The notes below the pieces were generated by a model. That model was not told the DNA's origin. It made no database searches and saw nothing but the letters and a program-made list of their open reading frames with translations. The position numbers and the translations under genes are program-made. Shown here in pieces: positions 18,920 through 28,167 of a stretch of DNA of 64,000 bases (its first letter is position 1; each line of letters starts with the position of its first letter). Where the stretch lies: assembly GCA_050010755.1 (NCBI GenBank), contig JBEKKK010000001.1, positions 1,152,001-1,216,000 of the forward strand, given 5' to 3'. Source of the stretch: Candidatus Bathyarchaeia archaeon. Lineage in GTDB: Archaea; Thermoproteota; Bathyarchaeia; Bathyarchaeales; Bathycorpusculaceae.

Positions 18920-19522
18920 ATGACTCAAGACCTAACAGGAACTGAGAAGAAGAGGAAAGTCGCGTGGGGGATCACGGGCAGCGGGGACAGATTGCCCGAA
19001 ACAATCGGCGTCATGAAGGAGCTGAAAGAAGAGTATCAGGATAGAGTAAGCCTGGGGGTTTATCTTTCGAAGGCTGGAGAACAGGTCGTCAGATGGTACA
19101 AGCTTTATGAACAGTTGAAACAGGATTTCGGAAAGGTCTGGGTTGAACTCAACTCGAACTCGCCGTTTCTTGCCGGCGATCTTGAGCTTGGAAAATTCGA
19201 GTTCTTGTTGATTGCTCCCGCAACTTCGAACACCGTGGCAAAGATTGCAGCGGGAATAACTGACACGTTACTCTGCAACTCGGCAATCATGGCTTTGAAA
19301 GCTTTCGTCCCAGTCTATGTCATGCCAAGTGATTACAAGGAAGGAACGGTGGTTACGAAGCTTCCTGACTGGAAGGATCTCAAGCTGAGAGTAAGGAAAG
19401 AAGACGCAGAAAATACGAGAAAACTGTCTCTCATGGAAAACGTGTTCGTGCTTGAAAAACCAGAAGACATCGGCCATGTCTTCAAAAAGCATCTGGACAA
19501 GATAAGCTGGAATGAGAGCTGA
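18920..19522 (+). CDS. afpA: Archaeoflavoprotein AfpA (dihydromethanopterin reductase family)
   Basis: AWGITGSG, SKAG, APATSNTVAKIAAGITDTL, PSD. Confidence 0.85.
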   Translation: MTQDLTGTEKKRKVAWGITGSGDRLPETIGVMKELKEEYQDRVSLGVYLSKAGEQVVRWYKLYEQLKQDFGKVWVELNSNSPFLAGDLELGKFEFLLIAPATSNTVAKIAAGITDTLLCNSAIMALKAFVPVYVMPSDYKEGTVVTKLPDWKDLKLRVRKEDAENTRKLSLMENVFVLEKPEDIGHVFKKHLDKISWNES

Positions 19523-19532
19523 GCCCAAAACA

Positions 19533-19802
19533 ATGAATTTTGCACTGCTCATCGTTCCATTGGCGGCCGGCATCTTTGTCGGCTATTTCTTGCGCGAGAA
19601 GAGGAAAATCAATCTCGGCAAAGCCACGCTGGGGATAATTCTTGTCTTGATATTTGCGCTTGGTTTTGGAATAGGTTCAAACAGTGAACTGTTGAGTTCG
19701 CTGCCCGATGTTGGATTGAGCGGCGCTGTAATCGCTTCGCTTGCCATAGTGTTCAGTATTATCTTTGTCAAAGCAATCAGACGAAAGGCTGGTTTAGAAT
19801 GA
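19533..19802 (+). CDS. Small membrane protein, N-terminal half of a split LysO/DUF340 exporter
   Basis: Three TM segments, LIFALGFGIG; ATGA overlap with the next gene. Confidence 0.65.
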   Translation: MNFALLIVPLAAGIFVGYFLREKRKINLGKATLGIILVLIFALGFGIGSNSELLSSLPDVGLSGAVIASLAIVFSIIFVKAIRRKAGLE

Positions 19803-20431
19803 TAAAGTACATTCTAACCGCTTTAGTGCTTGGAGGTGTTGCAGGCTATCTGAACGCAAATTGGGCGACCGTCGTCGACAGCTTCTGGGTTTCGGATTAT
19901 TTACTCAATGCCTCACTTTTGCTGTTGCTGTTCGTTATGGGAGTTATATTTGCGATGGACAAAGACTCCATTTCTAAGATAAGACGCACAGGGTTTAGGA
20001 TACTGATTGTTCCATTGGCAATTGTGTTAGGCACCATTCTGAGCGGTGTGATCAGCGCACTAATTCTAGGCATCAACGTGGTTGCGACGACGGCGGTGAG
20101 CGCGGGGTTTGGTTGGTACACGTTGGCAGGTCCTCTTGTGAGCCAGATATTCGGAGCAAAGTGGGCAGCTTTGGGCTTTGCCGCAAACTTTCTGAGAGAA
20201 TTGTTCACCATACTCACCGCTTCTGTGATGGTCAAGGTTGACAAATACGCTCCGACCGCTTCAGGCGGTGCAACAGCCATGGACACTACGCTGCCTATAA
20301 TTGTGCGTTATTGTGGCTCTGACGCTCTGATTACGGCGTTCTCAAGCGGCTTTGTACTGAGCGTGATAGCTCCTTTCATGATAGTAGCGATTGCTTCGCT
20401 GGGCCATGTTCCCATCCCGCTATTCTTATAA
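19799..20431 (+). CDS. LysO/DUF340-family exporter
   Basis: GFGWYTL, NFLRE, GGATAMDTTLP. Confidence 0.88.
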   Translation: MIKYILTALVLGGVAGYLNANWATVVDSFWVSDYLLNASLLLLLFVMGVIFAMDKDSISKIRRTGFRILIVPLAIVLGTILSGVISALILGINVVATTAVSAGFGWYTLAGPLVSQIFGAKWAALGFAANFLRELFTILTASVMVKVDKYAPTASGGATAMDTTLPIIVRYCGSDALITAFSSGFVLSVIAPFMIVAIASLGHVPIPLFL

Positions 20432-20450
20432 ATTCACGGCATTTTAATGG

Positions 20451-21242
20451 ATGTTCATGCAAGCAGAAATCGGAATAATCGGGGGAACAGGCTTCTACGA
20501 TCCGCATCTCGTCAAGAAGGGCATGGAAACCAGGCTTGACACACCGTATGGGCCGCCTTCTGACTTGATCGTGGTTGGAGAATTGAACGACAGAAAGGTG
20601 GCATTTTTGCCGCGGCATGGAAAGAAGCACACGATAAGACCCACCGACGTTAATTCGAGAGCCAACATACACGCGTTGAAAGAACTGGGCGTTCAACGAA
20701 TTCTGGCTCCTTCGACTGTCGGATCTTTGAGGGAAGAGTATAAGCCTGGAGACCTTGTGTTCGTTGATCAATTCATAGATCGGACGACGAGAAGGGAAGA
20801 GTCTTTCTACACGGGATCGAAGGTCTGCCACATTTCAGTGGCTGAACCTACGTGTCCCGATTTGAGAAAGATTCTGGTAGAAGTTGCTGAGGAAATGAGC
20901 ATCAGTTATCACAGAACTGGAACCTACGTATGCATAGAGGGGCCGAGATTTTCAACGAAGGCTGAGTCCAAGATGTTCAGGAACTGGGGAGCCGACGTGG
21001 TGGGCATGACCCTCGTTCCCGAATGCGTTTTGGCTCGCGAAGCAGAAATATGCTACGCATCGATCGCGACCGTAACTGACTATGACGTTTGGAAAGATAA
21101 TCCAGTAAGTGCTGGCGAAGTGGCTAGGACTATGAAGAAGAACATCGAGAAGGTCAAGAATCTCGTCGTGGAAGCAACGGCGAGAATACCGAAGGAACGA
21201 ACGTGCGAGTGCAAGGATGCATTGAAAAGCGCATCAGTGTGA
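20451..21242 (+). CDS. mtnP: 5'-methylthioadenosine phosphorylase
   Basis: GIIGGTG, PRHG..H, EGPRFSTKAE, VGMT, VTDYD. Confidence 0.94.
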   Translation: MFMQAEIGIIGGTGFYDPHLVKKGMETRLDTPYGPPSDLIVVGELNDRKVAFLPRHGKKHTIRPTDVNSRANIHALKELGVQRILAPSTVGSLREEYKPGDLVFVDQFIDRTTRREESFYTGSKVCHISVAEPTCPDLRKILVEVAEEMSISYHRTGTYVCIEGPRFSTKAESKMFRNWGADVVGMTLVPECVLAREAEICYASIATVTDYDVWKDNPVSAGEVARTMKKNIEKVKNLVVEATARIPKERTCECKDALKSASV

Positions 21243-21267
21243 AAATGCATTATCAATTAAGAGTGAG

Positions 21268-21801
21268 GTGCCAGGTTTGAATCTTAAGTCGAAGATAAGA
21301 AGAATATCCGAGTTCAAGGGCGTCGTTTTCTGGGACATAACGCCGCTTTTGAAAGATAAGGATGCCTTCAGAGAATGCATCAAGCAGATGGCGAACCACT
21401 TCAGAACGAAGAAAATAGACTTGGTGGCTTCGAACGAGGCCAGAGGCTTCATAATCGGCGGCGCTCTGGCGTACGAACTCGGAGCCGGTTTCGTCCCCAT
21501 TAGAAAGAAGGGAAAATTACCTTCAAAAGTGGTGAATCTAACCTATAGCAAGGAATACGAATCGGACACGATAGAGATGCACCACGATGCGGTTCAACCA
21601 GGCCAGAAAGTGCTGCTCGTTGACGACTTGCTGGCAACGGGGGGAACCATTAAGGCAAACGCCGAGTTGGTTGAGAGACTCGGCGGAAAAATCGTCGGCA
21701 TGGGCTTTCTGGTAGAGTTGGGGTATCTGCACGGAAGAGAAAGCCTTGGAAAAAAGTATGATATATTCTCTCTCGTAAACTATGAAACGACGACTGGATA
21801 A
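21268..21801 (+). CDS. apt: Adenine phosphoribosyltransferase
   Basis: DITPLL, EARGF, RKKGKLP, VDDLLATGGT. Confidence 0.95.
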   Translation: MPGLNLKSKIRRISEFKGVVFWDITPLLKDKDAFRECIKQMANHFRTKKIDLVASNEARGFIIGGALAYELGAGFVPIRKKGKLPSKVVNLTYSKEYESDTIEMHHDAVQPGQKVLLVDDLLATGGTIKANAELVERLGGKIVGMGFLVELGYLHGRESLGKKYDIFSLVNYETTTG

Positions 21802-21842
21802 ACTCAAATAATCCTTGCACTAATCTCATTGAGGAGGGTAAG

Positions 21843-22680
21843 GATGGACAAAATTCCTCTCTACCATGTAGATGCTTTTACGACAGAACCATTTGCAGGC
21901 AACCCCGCGGCCGTTTGCATCTTGGAAAAACCTTACAAGGACAACGTGCTCAAGTCAATCGCTGCGGAAATGAACCTTTCAGAAACTGCCTTTCTTCAAA
22001 AGCTCGAGCAGAAGCACATTGAAGACTCACGGTTGTTTTCTCTCAGATGGTTCACGCCACAGACGGAAGTGAATCTCTGTGGCCACGCGACTCTTGCAAC
22101 TGCCGCGGTCTTGTTTCATGAAATCAAGCTGAGAGCAACAGAAGTGTCCTTCGAAACAAGAAGCGGAACACTAACAGCAAGACTTGAGGACAACGGAATC
22201 CTCTTGGATTTCCCAAAAGACGAAACCACGCCATTCTACCCAAGCCAAAGCATCTTGGAAGCCCTTGGTATCAGCGATTTCACGAGCGCATACTACTCTA
22301 GAAAGAGTGGCTATCTTCTGATTTTAATGCCAACCGAACAGAACATTAGGAATTTGAAGCCCGACTTCGAACATCTCAAATCTGCTGAAACAAAAGACAA
22401 GATAGCAGGAGTCATCGTCACATCAAGAGGTAGCGCCCCATACGATTTCGTCTCGCGCTTTTTCGCGCCTTGGCTTGGTATAAACGAAGACCCAGTTACT
22501 GGGTCAGCCCACGCGACGTTGTGCGGGTACTGGTCAAAAGCACTGGGAAAAAAGGAGATGCAGGCTTATCAAGCCTCACAAAGAGGAGGACAACTCACTG
22601 TTAAAGTTCTCTCAACCGACAGAGTCGGACTAATCGGCAATGCTGTCGTCGTTTCCAAAGGAGAATTATATCTGCAATAA
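21843..22680 (+). CDS. PhzF-family isomerase
   Basis: VDAF, GNPAAV, NLSETAF, LCGHAT, EDPVTGSA. Confidence 0.93.
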
Positions 22681-22735
22681 TGGAAAACATAAATTCGAAC
22701 AGCGGTCGCTCGCACCTTCAGCCGGGGGAGTTCTT

Positions 22736-23524
22736 TTGATCCACGTCCGTCTTATCCACTGGAACGCCACAGAAGCCAAACGAAAAGCATCGATTCTAGA
22801 GTCAGCGGGTTACGAAGTGGACTACGAGCTGATTGCTCCTAAGGTGCTTGGAGAATTGAGGAATAACCCTCCTGCCGCCGTAATTATCGACCTGTCGAGG
22901 CTTCCCAGCCAAGGGCGCGACATGGCCATAAATATCCGGCACGCCAAAGCCACACGCAACATTCCCATAATCTTCGTTGAAGGCGACCCACAAAAAGTGA
23001 GCCAAATCAAAACCCACGTTCCCGAAGCTCTCTACACAGACTACAATCAAATTCAGAGAGTGATGAAAGAAGCCGTGGCGCATCCGCCAAAAGTGACGCT
23101 GATCCCGAAAGACATATTCGAGCCATACAAACACACGCCAGTCGCAAAGAAACTCGGCATCAAACCAAATTCCACACTAGCACTTATCAACCCGCCAGAA
23201 GGCTTCACAAAGACCTTGGGCCCATTAACACAAGGAGTCACAATACAAGAACCACCCTTTCACCGATCAGATCTAGTCATATTTTTTACCAAAACACAAG
23301 AAGACCTCCAGAACCGCATAGTTAAGACGGCCTCTGAGCTTGAACCGAATGGAAAACTGTGGATAGTCTGGCCAAAGAAAGCGTCACAAACAACCGCCAA
23401 CCTAACGCAAGGCACGGTACGCAAAACGGGTCTCGCTCTAGGTCTGGTGGACTACAAGGTGTGCAGCATTGACCCAACATGGACGGGATTGCTGTTCGCA
23501 CGACGCAAACCCAGGAAAACTTGA
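22736..23524 (+). CDS. Atypical receiver domain fused to a DUF3052-like domain
   Basis: GYEV..PPAAVIIDL..G..IR..IPIIFV; C-terminal KKLGIK, LWIVWPKK, GLVDYKVC. Start approximate. Confidence 0.65.
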   Translation: MIHVRLIHWNATEAKRKASILESAGYEVDYELIAPKVLGELRNNPPAAVIIDLSRLPSQGRDMAINIRHAKATRNIPIIFVEGDPQKVSQIKTHVPEALYTDYNQIQRVMKEAVAHPPKVTLIPKDIFEPYKHTPVAKKLGIKPNSTLALINPPEGFTKTLGPLTQGVTIQEPPFHRSDLVIFFTKTQEDLQNRIVKTASELEPNGKLWIVWPKKASQTTANLTQGTVRKTGLALGLVDYKVCSIDPTWTGLLFARRKPRKT

Positions 23525-23542
23525 AACGAGCACGGCGATTTT

Positions 23543-23642
23543 TGGTGCGGTCGCCGGGATTTGAACCCGGGATCGCAAGCTTGGAAGGCTTACACTGGCC
23601 TTTGGAGGCTTTGTGTCCTAAACCAGTCTAGACGACGACCGC
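23543..23642 (-). tRNA. tRNA-Gly(TCC) with a 21-nt intron at position 29/30 and encoded CCA
   Basis: Acceptor GCGGTCG/CGACCGC+ACCA, T arm CCGGG-TTCAAAT-CCCGG. Removing 23590-23610 gives the anticodon arm CAAGC-CTTCCAA-GCTTG. Confidence 0.92.
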
Positions 23643-23689
23643 CTTTTTCAGCATTAGATTAGGATGGGGGTGTAGATAAGATTTCTTTC

Positions 23690-24373
23690 TTATCTATGGG
23701 GTTTCTCGTCTGGCTTGAAGAGACTCTTCTCGTGTTTGGGTCTTGGCTTGAAGCTGCCGTGATACTTCGGCATAGTGGTTCTTTGGCGTTCTAGATTCTT
23801 TATTCTGGCGTAGAGTTTTGAGACCTTGGTCTTAGACGGCGTTTTGGGCTTCGGAATCCTCACGCGAACGGGCGTGAACGGCTTGATCTCGCTGCTGAGA
23901 CTCTTTCTTTTCATGGGCACTTCTCTGACCTTTTTGAAGACGACGTAGCCTTCTTTCGGGTTCACTTCTCGAACTTCCCAGCCCGCCTCCAACCAGCCTT
24001 TGGCATGGGGACTGCTGGGCAGGTTGCTCCACCATTCTTCGCTGCGGTAGGCGCTCATGGGCAAGTTCTCTCCGATTATTCCATCGATGCGAGCAAAACT
24101 GAGCTTGACTCTGTTCGTGAAAGCACCTCGGAACTTCAGATAGCCAGTCAATCCTCCGTATCGCGAAACGCTTCTCGGGGCAACAGTCCTTCTCGCGCAA
24201 TTCAGGCAAAGCAGCTTCGTCGGGTCGCCCGTCGACACGTCAGGAACCATGCAGTCTCTGCAGTAGAGTCGCCCACATCTCTGACAGCGTCTGAGATAAC
24301 TGTACGAGAGAACCCTACCGCATAGCCCACACTCGTCCTTAAACGGCATTCCAACCACTATGCTCTCAAACAC
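23690..24373 (-). CDS. Zn-finger plus small helical domain protein with a basic tail
   Basis: Four CxxC pairs, then LSFARIDGIIG..LP.SA....WWSN...WLEAGW. Confidence 0.7.
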   Translation of the reverse strand: MFESIVVGMPFKDECGLCGRVLSYSYLRRCQRCGRLYCRDCMVPDVSTGDPTKLLCLNCARRTVAPRSVSRYGGLTGYLKFRGAFTNRVKLSFARIDGIIGENLPMSAYRSEEWWSNLPSSPHAKGWLEAGWEVREVNPKEGYVVFKKVREVPMKRKSLSSEIKPFTPVRVRIPKPKTPSKTKVSKLYARIKNLERQRTTMPKYHGSFKPRPKHEKSLFKPDEKPHR

Positions 24374-24488
24374 TAGGTTCTATCTTATGCAGAAGCTTTT
24401 GATATAGACTTCGCCAAACCGCGAGGGTGGTAAAAAGGGATCGCAAAATTTATAGATTCTAACTGACGAAAACAAGCTGAGGGTCTCA

Positions 24489-24869
24489 TTGCTTTTCAGT
24501 GAATATCTGCATGAAAAAGCAGAAGAGTCTAGGCATAACGAAACCATCAGCTACATGATAATCATCATCGGCTAAGTGTTCTTTGTAGGCGGACTTGTCG
24601 AAACAATAATAACAGCCGAATTGAGCGATGTGGGTCCAAACTGGTTTCTGATATTTCCGTCCCACTTTACGCTAAATCCGGACAGTCTTCTAGGCACGTC
24701 TTTGACTCTGTGGGCATTGCCCTAATCATTCTGGGAATAGTGTTTGTAACGCACTACGCCAGAGAGGTCATGGTACATGAGAGAGCTTCAAAAGGCACAT
24801 TCCGTGGAAGAGCAGAAACTGAGGACAGAAAAAGGACGAGCCCAACCTGAGCAGCCGAGGCAAGAATAA
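24489..24869 (+). pseudogene. Disrupted small membrane protein gene
   Basis: MLFSEYLHEKAEESRHNETISYMIIIIG*VFFVGG... with in-frame TAA at 24573 and two apparent frameshifts before SWYMRELQKAH. Confidence 0.6.
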
Positions 24870-24898
24870 CTGCGGCTGGGCCCTTGTTTGGAGTCTAT

Positions 24899-26377
24899 CT
24901 AGCCTTTCACGACTGCTATAGGAACTAGCCTAGCAACTTTAGTGGCTATGCCAGCCTTGTCGCTCACGTCCACGACGATGTCAACGTTCTTGTAGGCTGG
25001 ATCTGCTTCTTCGGCCAAGACCACTGGGCTTGCAGCTCGAACGTATATTCCTCTTCTTTCCATGGCCTTCTTGATGTCTCCGCCGTAGAATTTTCTTTTT
25101 GCGGCGCTTCGGCTCATCATGCGGCCGGCGCCGTGGGCTGTGGAGCCGAAGCTCACCTGCATGGCCTGTTCACGGCCAACTAGGAGCCAGGAGCTTGTGC
25201 CCATGCTTCCGGGGATGAGCACAGGCTGACCTACGGCTCGGTAATCTGCGGGTATTTCCGGGTGCCCAGGCGGGAACGCTCGTGTCGCGCCCTTTCTGTG
25301 AACCCAGACCTTCTTCTGGCCCCCGTTGACTCTGTGAGTCTCTATTTTGGCAATGTTGTGAGCGACGTCGTAGACAAGTTTCAACCCAAACTTCTCGGGT
25401 TTTTCTCTGAAGACCTGCTGAAAACTCTGGCGAACCCAGTGAAGGATCGCCTGTCGGTTGACGAATGCGTAGTTGACCGCGCACGCCATGGCCTGATAGT
25501 AATCTTCCGCCTCTTGGCTTTTTCCAGGTGCACAGGCAAGCTCCCTGTCTGGGAGAACTATTTTGTACTTTTCAATTGCCCTCTCCATGACTCGCAGGTA
25601 GTCTGAGCAAACCTGATGGCCGAAGCCTCTTGAGCCGCAGTGAATCATAACGGCGACTTGGCCTTCATGCTCCAGCCCGAAAACCTTGGCCGTGCGCTCA
25701 TCGACTATTTTGTCCACTTTCTGGATTTCCAAGAAGTGGTTTCCAGAACCAAGAGTGCCAATCTGCGTTAATCCCCTGCTTTTTGCGTTGGAAGAGACCT
25801 TGGCAGGGTTGGCGTTTTTCATGCAACCGTTCTCTTCGCAGTGTTCAGCATCCTCGGGCCAGCCCAGTCCCTTGTCAATCGCCCATGGGACCCCTCTCGT
25901 TGTAAGCGTATCCAGATCGTGTTGCGACACTTGGAAGTCTTTCCGACGGCTTCCAAGTCCGCAGGGGACGTTTTTGAAAATGGCCTCGGCGAGTTGGCCG
26001 AGCTTCGGTCGAATGTCTTGTTCAGAAAGGTTCGTCGTGACCAGGCGGACACCGCAGTTGATGTCGTAGCCTACTCCGCCCGGACTTATCACGCCTTCTT
26101 CATAGTCTGTTGCGGCTACGCCGCCTATCGGGAAACCATATCCTTCATGTCCGTCTGGCAGAGTTATTGAGTACTTGTATATGCCTGGCAAGTGCGCAAC
26201 GTTCACGCATTGCTGCAGGGTTCTGTCGGTCTGCATCTTGTCCAACAACTCTCTGTTAGCTAGGACCAGGCCGGTGACCTTCATACCAGGCTTGTACTTC
26301 GGAATGCGCCAAGAACAATCATCTATCTTTTCAAGTGGAACTCTCTCGGATGGCCCATGGCCTCCTCCTTCTTCCAT
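24899..26377 (-). CDS. rtcB: RNA-splicing ligase RtcB
   Basis: PDGHEGYGFPIG, DINCG, GSGNHF, HCGSRG, HN, HRKG, PGSM, HGAGR. Confidence 0.97.
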   Translation of the reverse strand: MEEGGGHGPSERVPLEKIDDCSWRIPKYKPGMKVTGLVLANRELLDKMQTDRTLQQCVNVAHLPGIYKYSITLPDGHEGYGFPIGGVAATDYEEGVISPGGVGYDINCGVRLVTTNLSEQDIRPKLGQLAEAIFKNVPCGLGSRRKDFQVSQHDLDTLTTRGVPWAIDKGLGWPEDAEHCEENGCMKNANPAKVSSNAKSRGLTQIGTLGSGNHFLEIQKVDKIVDERTAKVFGLEHEGQVAVMIHCGSRGFGHQVCSDYLRVMERAIEKYKIVLPDRELACAPGKSQEAEDYYQAMACAVNYAFVNRQAILHWVRQSFQQVFREKPEKFGLKLVYDVAHNIAKIETHRVNGGQKKVWVHRKGATRAFPPGHPEIPADYRAVGQPVLIPGSMGTSSWLLVGREQAMQVSFGSTAHGAGRMMSRSAAKRKFYGGDIKKAMERRGIYVRAASPVVLAEEADPAYKNVDIVVDVSDKAGIATKVARLVPIAVVKG

Positions 26378-26448
26378 TTTTTCACCTGTTGACTAGCACA
26401 AAAAGTAGCTAAGCGCAAATATAAACGATTTCGATTCTTGCAGACATA

Positions 26449-27372
26449 TTATGAGGGGTGGCCACGGCTCTGCGCAAACTGCATGAACCCCTCTATACTA
26501 TTGGTGAGAACGGTTTCGTTCAACACTTGGTGAGTGTCGATGAATTTTACGACTTTCCGAATCTGCGGATCATTCTCAATGATGTTTTGGCGCACCTGTT
26601 CTAGGCTCTGCTTTTCCTGTACTCCACGCTGGGCAATTTTATCCCAAAGCCGCAACTGTTGAGCGTATGCCTTGAGCTTTCCAAAGGGGTCGGGGGCGTC
26701 CCCAAAGTGGCTGTAGTAGAGAGCCTTCGGTTTCAGGCCTGTCAGCTTGTCCAAGGCTTCTAGGGCAGCGTCCAGACGAAAGGGCGCAGGTGTCGTTGGT
26801 ATAATTGCATCGAATTCTCTCAAGTAAATGCCAGCTGCATCTCCAGGAAAGACTCCGCCGCCCGCAGTCTCGTAGTAGCTCTGATGATGTGAAGCATGAC
26901 CGAGAGTCTCCACGACTCTTAGGTTAACGTTTTCTCCAAGGCTGAAGGTCTCGCCGTTCTCTGTTGCAATAATCCTTTCAGGCGGAACAGGTTCAGGCTT
27001 CCCATACAATTCTGTTATATTCCCAAGAACCAACTTCGACTGTTGCCAAAGCTTCTCAGGATTGGCCAAATGAGGTGCCCCTCTCGGGTGCACGATAACC
27101 TTAGCGTTGGGTAGACTCTTCAACAGGGTTCCAGCACCTCCAGCATGGTCGAGGTGGATGTGGGAAACTGCAACGTATGTAACATCTTCCAGTTTGACGC
27201 CCAGTTTATTGAGACCGGCCAGAAGGTTGAGCACTGAAGAAGTAGGACCTGTCTCGATTACTGCAGCTTTTCTTCCTTTCAGAACGTAGCTCGCGATGAA
27301 GCTTTCGAAGCCAGCCGTTTCAAGATCAATCAATCCTACATGCTCATCAAGCTTTGTCACACGCATCTGCAA
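26449..27372 (-). CDS. Metallo-beta-lactamase-fold hydrolase
   Basis: SHIHLDHAGG, GHASHH, GD, SHFG. Confidence 0.92.
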   Translation of the reverse strand: MQMRVTKLDEHVGLIDLETAGFESFIASYVLKGRKAAVIETGPTSSVLNLLAGLNKLGVKLEDVTYVAVSHIHLDHAGGAGTLLKSLPNAKVIVHPRGAPHLANPEKLWQQSKLVLGNITELYGKPEPVPPERIIATENGETFSLGENVNLRVVETLGHASHHQSYYETAGGGVFPGDAAGIYLREFDAIIPTTPAPFRLDAALEALDKLTGLKPKALYYSHFGDAPDPFGKLKAYAQQLRLWDKIAQRGVQEKQSLEQVRQNIIENDPQIRKVVKFIDTHQVLNETVLTNSIEGFMQFAQSRGHPS

Positions 27373-27494
27373 ATCATCTGCTCAGTTTCTCCTGAACCCT
27401 AGCATCGACAGACCGATTAAAGTTTTCGTCGAAAAATTCGTAATGATTGACTGGGCATAACTTGATAAGGAACATGAACCGAGCAAAGCAAGGA

Positions 27495-27733
27495 TTGCTG
27501 CAATAGGTTTGTGCGGTGCCATCGTGCGTGAGCGTAGGCTGAGCCGAAGCCGTTTATCGCGCCTTCACATCATTGAAAGAAATAATCCTGAAATCGTCGG
27601 CAGATGAGACGGGCACGCGTAGAGTGGGTTTACATGTCGTTATGAGTGAATTCTGATTCTGAACAGAGCCTGTTGGGAGCTTCATTCGCAAAACGCAGTC
27701 TCCGTCCAGCCTTATTCTGGAAAAATTTTTTTT
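27495..27733 (+). ncRNA. Candidate structured non-coding RNA
   Basis: No ORF of 60 aa or more; TATA-like ttgataag near 27462; T8 tract 27726-27733; nested helices with G.U pairs on the + strand. Ends approximate. Confidence 0.35.
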
Positions 27734-27846
27734 CTCGCATCAAAAACCGAGCCCAAACTCAAGGTCACCATTCTCAGCATCCAAAACCACGCCTTCCCAA
27801 ATTGTTTAACTAGCCTTCGCTGGCTGCGGGACTGTGGTGATGTTTG

Positions 27847-28077
27847 TTACTTGTGGGGCTTCTTTCTTGGCTCCTGCTCTTGATCAGCTGTTGGTTCCTC
27901 TGCGCCAAGCAGCATTCTCAGCGACTTTACTTCCTCTCTCAGCATGCCGACCTCGCTCTCAAGAGCCTTGGCCTTTGAGTCTGCCATTTTCTTGAGTTCC
28001 TCGATTTCTAGTAAAAGATTTTTGCGTTCGTTCTCTAAGGTTCTGAGCTTTTCCACAATGCTCTTGAAACCGCTCAT
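27847..28077 (-). CDS. Small coiled-coil protein
   Basis: Leu/Glu heptad pattern; purine-rich leader and TATA-like cttaatat upstream. Confidence 0.75.
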   Translation of the reverse strand: MSGFKSIVEKLRTLENERKNLLLEIEELKKMADSKAKALESEVGMLREEVKSLRMLLGAEEPTADQEQEPRKKPHK

Positions 28078-28167
28078 TGATTCCAGTGTCCCTTCTCCCC
28101 TTTCTTATGTCATAGTAGCCATTCGGCTGCATATTAAGATTTTGAGGTCAGGTTCTTGGATGATTTC

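Noticed and set aside
27511-27600. TPP riboswitch, group II intron 5' end, or SRP RNA (GTGCG; GGTGC..GCTGAG; GCCGAAGCC)
   Set aside because: The diagnostic downstream motifs (TPP CCUGA..AAUG..GCGUAGG, domain V, SRP helix 8) are absent.
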